A stretch of 64,000 bases of DNA, taken from contig DAOKYO010000002.1 in the NCBI GenBank assembly GCA_035326105.1, positions 9,316 through 73,315 of the forward strand, in the 5' to 3' direction. Numbering within the stretch: position 1 is the first letter of the stretch; each line of letters begins with the position of its first letter. The stretch comes from Bacilli bacterium. GTDB lineage: Bacteria > Bacillota_I > Bacilli_A > RFN20 > CAG-826. Of the stretch, positions 61,482 through 64,000 are shown piece after piece. Under the pieces are notes generated by a model. It saw nothing but the letters and a program-made list of their open reading frames with translations, was not told the origin of the DNA and did no database searches. The translations under genes were made by a program, and so were the position numbers.

Positions 61482-62242
61482 TTCAAAAATTGGCCGGTCG
61501 CTTTCCCAAAGCGCTCGCGTATAAGAACCACGACCGTAGGATTGGCTTACAAACAGGAAAGTTAAAGGAGTGGACATCGCGTATCGTGCTCGCCCTTGAT
61601 TTAGATGAGACCATTGCCGACCGCGTGCTAGAAATTAGTCCCGATTTGGTTTTGACTCACCACCCGTTTATTTTTGGTCCGCGGATGGCAGTGCTGAAAA
61701 GTGATTCTTTAAAAATGGAACTGGTTAGGCGACTAGATGATGCCTTGATACCCGTCTATAGTATGCATACAAATTTTGACGAGGGAAAAGATGGCATGAA
61801 TGATGCTTTAGCCACAGCCTTAGGTTTAGAAAATATTCATCCATTAGCCACAGAAAAAATGGCGCGAGGAGGAATTCTGTCTCAGCCGATGGAAGTGGAT
61901 GATTTTGTAAAATATGCTCTTATGCGCCTTGACGTTCCCTATGGCAGCATTATAAATGCCGGGAAAAAAGCCATTACCAGCGTGGCGATTATCGGTGGTG
62001 GCGGTTCGCGGAGTTGGCAAAAAGCCGCCGCGGAAGGTTTTGATATTTTTATCAGCGGTGATGCTCCGCATCATGTTCGAAGAGATATCGTCCGCTACCA
62101 ATTTAATTATTTGGACGTTCCCCACGAAGTGGAAAGGATTTTTCTTAAACAAATGAAAAAAATACTGCTGGAAATTGATCCAACCCTAGAAGTTCTTATT
62201 CTTGATCAAGAGAAGGCACCTCCGGTTATTCAATTGCCTTAA
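61460..62242 (+). CDS. Nif3-family dinuclear metal centre protein (YqfO-like)
   Basis: 260 aa; His/Glu-rich Nif3 motifs (LTHHP, SGDAPHH); conserved trmK-nif3 pair. Confidence 0.7.
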   Translation: MVKTKVLIQKLAGRFPKALAYKNHDRRIGLQTGKLKEWTSRIVLALDLDETIADRVLEISPDLVLTHHPFIFGPRMAVLKSDSLKMELVRRLDDALIPVYSMHTNFDEGKDGMNDALATALGLENIHPLATEKMARGGILSQPMEVDDFVKYALMRLDVPYGSIINAGKKAITSVAIIGGGGSRSWQKAAAEGFDIFISGDAPHHVRRDIVRYQFNYLDVPHEVERIFLKQMKKILLEIDPTLEVLILDQEKAPPVIQLP

Positions 62243-63104
62243 GTGCGGATATTACTTTTTCGGTTATTTCAAGGGGAGTCGAAGCCCCGGCGGATACGGC
62301 GACCAGCGCAAAACGCCTGATCTTATCAAGATCAAGTTCATCAATTGAGCCAATCAGATTGACATCGGCCTTTGGATGAGATGCCTTTGCGATGGCAACT
62401 AGATGATTGGTGTTGGCCGAACGTTTTGATCCGACGACCAAAATGGCGCCGACTTCTTGAGGAATATTCTTGACGGCGTTTTGTCTAAGTCGAGTCGCGG
62501 GACATATTTCTTCCGCAAAAATTGCCTTGGGAATCACATTGCGAATTCGATAGTGAATGGGCAACAGGGAATCATAGGCTAAAGTTGTTTGATTTATGAC
62601 TAACGGGGGAACTAGATCGTCGTTGAAAGCGCGATAAAGATTTAAATCGTCTTCTCGATAAAGGACGACGTTATCGCTGACGGATAGGGCCGAAAGGGTC
62701 TCAGGATGGTTCTCTTTTCCGATGTATATCACCTTTTGACCATTATGCGCGGCTTCCTTTATCAAATGCAGATTATCACTGACATAAGTGCAGGTTGCGT
62801 CCACGATTGTCAAATTTAATTTCCGCGCGTGCGACTCAAGGCTCGCGGGATGCCCATGGGCGGTGAAAACAACGATGCTTTCGGGCGGTAATTCGCCCAT
62901 CGCCTCTTTCAGTTCGGCAAATGGATAATCGAGAGTCGTAATTTTATGTTCAAAAAGTATATTATTGACGTGCTCGTTATGGACGAGCATGCCGATTATG
63001 TATATCGGTCTTAAAGGATAATTTTCCCGGGTTTTTAAAGCCAGATTAATGGCCTTTATTACACCCTCGCAATATCCGTGCGGTTGACAAACAAAAACTT
63101 TCAT
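62226..63104 (-). CDS. ispH: 4-hydroxy-3-methylbut-2-enyl diphosphate reductase IspH
   Basis: About 292 aa from MKVFVCQPHGYCEGV (start reassigned to 63104; ORF track begins upstream); conserved Cys ligands. Confidence 0.85.
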   Translation of the reverse strand: MKVFVCQPHGYCEGVIKAINLALKTRENYPLRPIYIIGMLVHNEHVNNILFEHKITTLDYPFAELKEAMGELPPESIVVFTAHGHPASLESHARKLNLTIVDATCTYVSDNLHLIKEAAHNGQKVIYIGKENHPETLSALSVSDNVVLYREDDLNLYRAFNDDLVPPLVINQTTLAYDSLLPIHYRIRNVIPKAIFAEEICPATRLRQNAVKNIPQEVGAILVVGSKRSANTNHLVAIAKASHPKADVNLIGSIDELDLDKIRRFALVAVSAGASTPLEITEKVISALKAIE

Positions 63105-63172
63105 AATGATCCTTTCGCTACAATAATACCATACGAGTAAAAAAATTATGTATAATAATACACGGAGAATTT

Positions 63173-64000
63173 TATGGCCAAATTTAGTCAATATGCAATC
63201 AAGAGTAGTTTATTAAGCGCTTTACAAAATCACGGATACGATAATTTAACTCCGGTTCAAACGGAGGTGATTCCCGATGCTATGCGCGGGAAATCTTTAG
63301 TTGTTCAGGCTCCGACCGGTTCAGGGAAAACGCATTCTTTTCTGGTGCCGATTATTAATAATATCAAGGTTGATGACCACGAGATTCAGACGATCATTTT
63401 ATCGCCTACCCGTGAATTGGCTAAACAGATATATGATTTTGCCATGCAGTTGGCCGGCGGTCTTTCCGGAATAAACGTCGCCTTAATCGCCGGGGGAAAT
63501 GACAAAAGTCGCGACGAAGAAAAACTCTTTTCGCATCCGCATATAGTAATCGGCACTCCGGGTCGATTGTATGATTTAGGGGTGGAAAACTCGGTTACTT
63601 CAATGGCGCATGTTAGGACGATTGTACTCGATGAGGCCGATATGCTTCTCGACAGCGGTTTCTTTAATCTTATTGATGGCCTTTTAGGCCAAATTAGCAG
63701 CCAAGTTATGGTTTTCTCGGCGACGATGACTCCGGCCTTGGCCAATCTAATCAACCACTATCTTAAGGGAGCACGGGTCATACAGCTTTCACCCAAGGAG
63801 CCGACTTCATCCCGCGTTTCACATTTTGCCATCGATACCCGTCATCAGCCTATTGAGGAAGTAATTAAAAACTTTGTTATTTTCTATCACCCGTATTTTC
63901 TTTTGGTCTTTGCCCGAACTAATGAAGATGCCCGGCATTACGCCCAATATCTTAATCAGCAAGGAATGAATGTCGGCGAGCTTCATGGCGGTTTGAGTCC
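63173..64000 (+). CDS. DEAD-box ATP-dependent RNA helicase (CshB-like), C-terminus beyond window
   Basis: MAKFSQYAIKS...Q motif TPVQ, Walker A APTGSGKT, DEAD (VLDEADML), SAT. Confidence 0.85.

Noticed and set aside
1-64000. Mobile element, prophage, restriction-modification, toxin-antitoxin or CRISPR-Cas locus
   Set aside because: No integrase, transposase, Cas, methyltransferase/endonuclease pair or small paired toxin-antitoxin ORFs were recognisable. The only nuclease-helicase gene (35944..38298) sits alone in a housekeeping context, so it is reported as a repair-type candidate rather than a defence system.

Overview
This window reads as a low-GC, Firmicutes-type core chromosome segment with about 63 protein genes, nearly all on the + strand. 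Most are recognisable housekeeping genes. Gene order follows the Bacillus yqe/yqf pattern. The conserved blocks are truB-ribF-rpsO-pnp, comEA-comEC-holA/rpsT, lepA-hemW-hrcA-grpE-dnaK-dnaJ-rsmE-mtaB and rpsU-ybeY-cdd-era-recO-glyQS-dnaG-sigA. A dimeric (alpha2) GlyRS, a split short-chain chromate transporter pair and frequent TGnTATAAT extended -10 promoters fit Bacilli or Erysipelotrichia-like organisms.

I found no rRNA, tRNA, CRISPR array, integrase, transposase or obvious prophage or defence island. RNA and regulatory elements I can support from the sequence are a T-box leader upstream of alaS, two tandem CIRCE operators with a sigma-A promoter upstream of hrcA, a GC-rich hairpin between dnaK and dnaJ, and several intrinsic terminators.

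No single clearly novel system stands out. The candidates are lineage-specific insertions into conserved operons. These are: (1) a RecB-family PD-(D/E)xK nuclease domain fused to an Fe-S XPD/DinG-type helicase; (2) a 479-aa protein plus a 77-aa membrane protein inserted between lepA and hemW; (3) a standalone membrane-anchored C39-peptidase-domain protein between rpsU and ybeY; (4) an AT-rich islet between mnmA and alaS carrying a HIT hydrolase, small ORFs and about 300 nt of unexplained non-coding DNA; and (5) a 252-aa unknown protein between rsmE and mtaB. All functional calls rest on motifs read by eye; no database search was possible.
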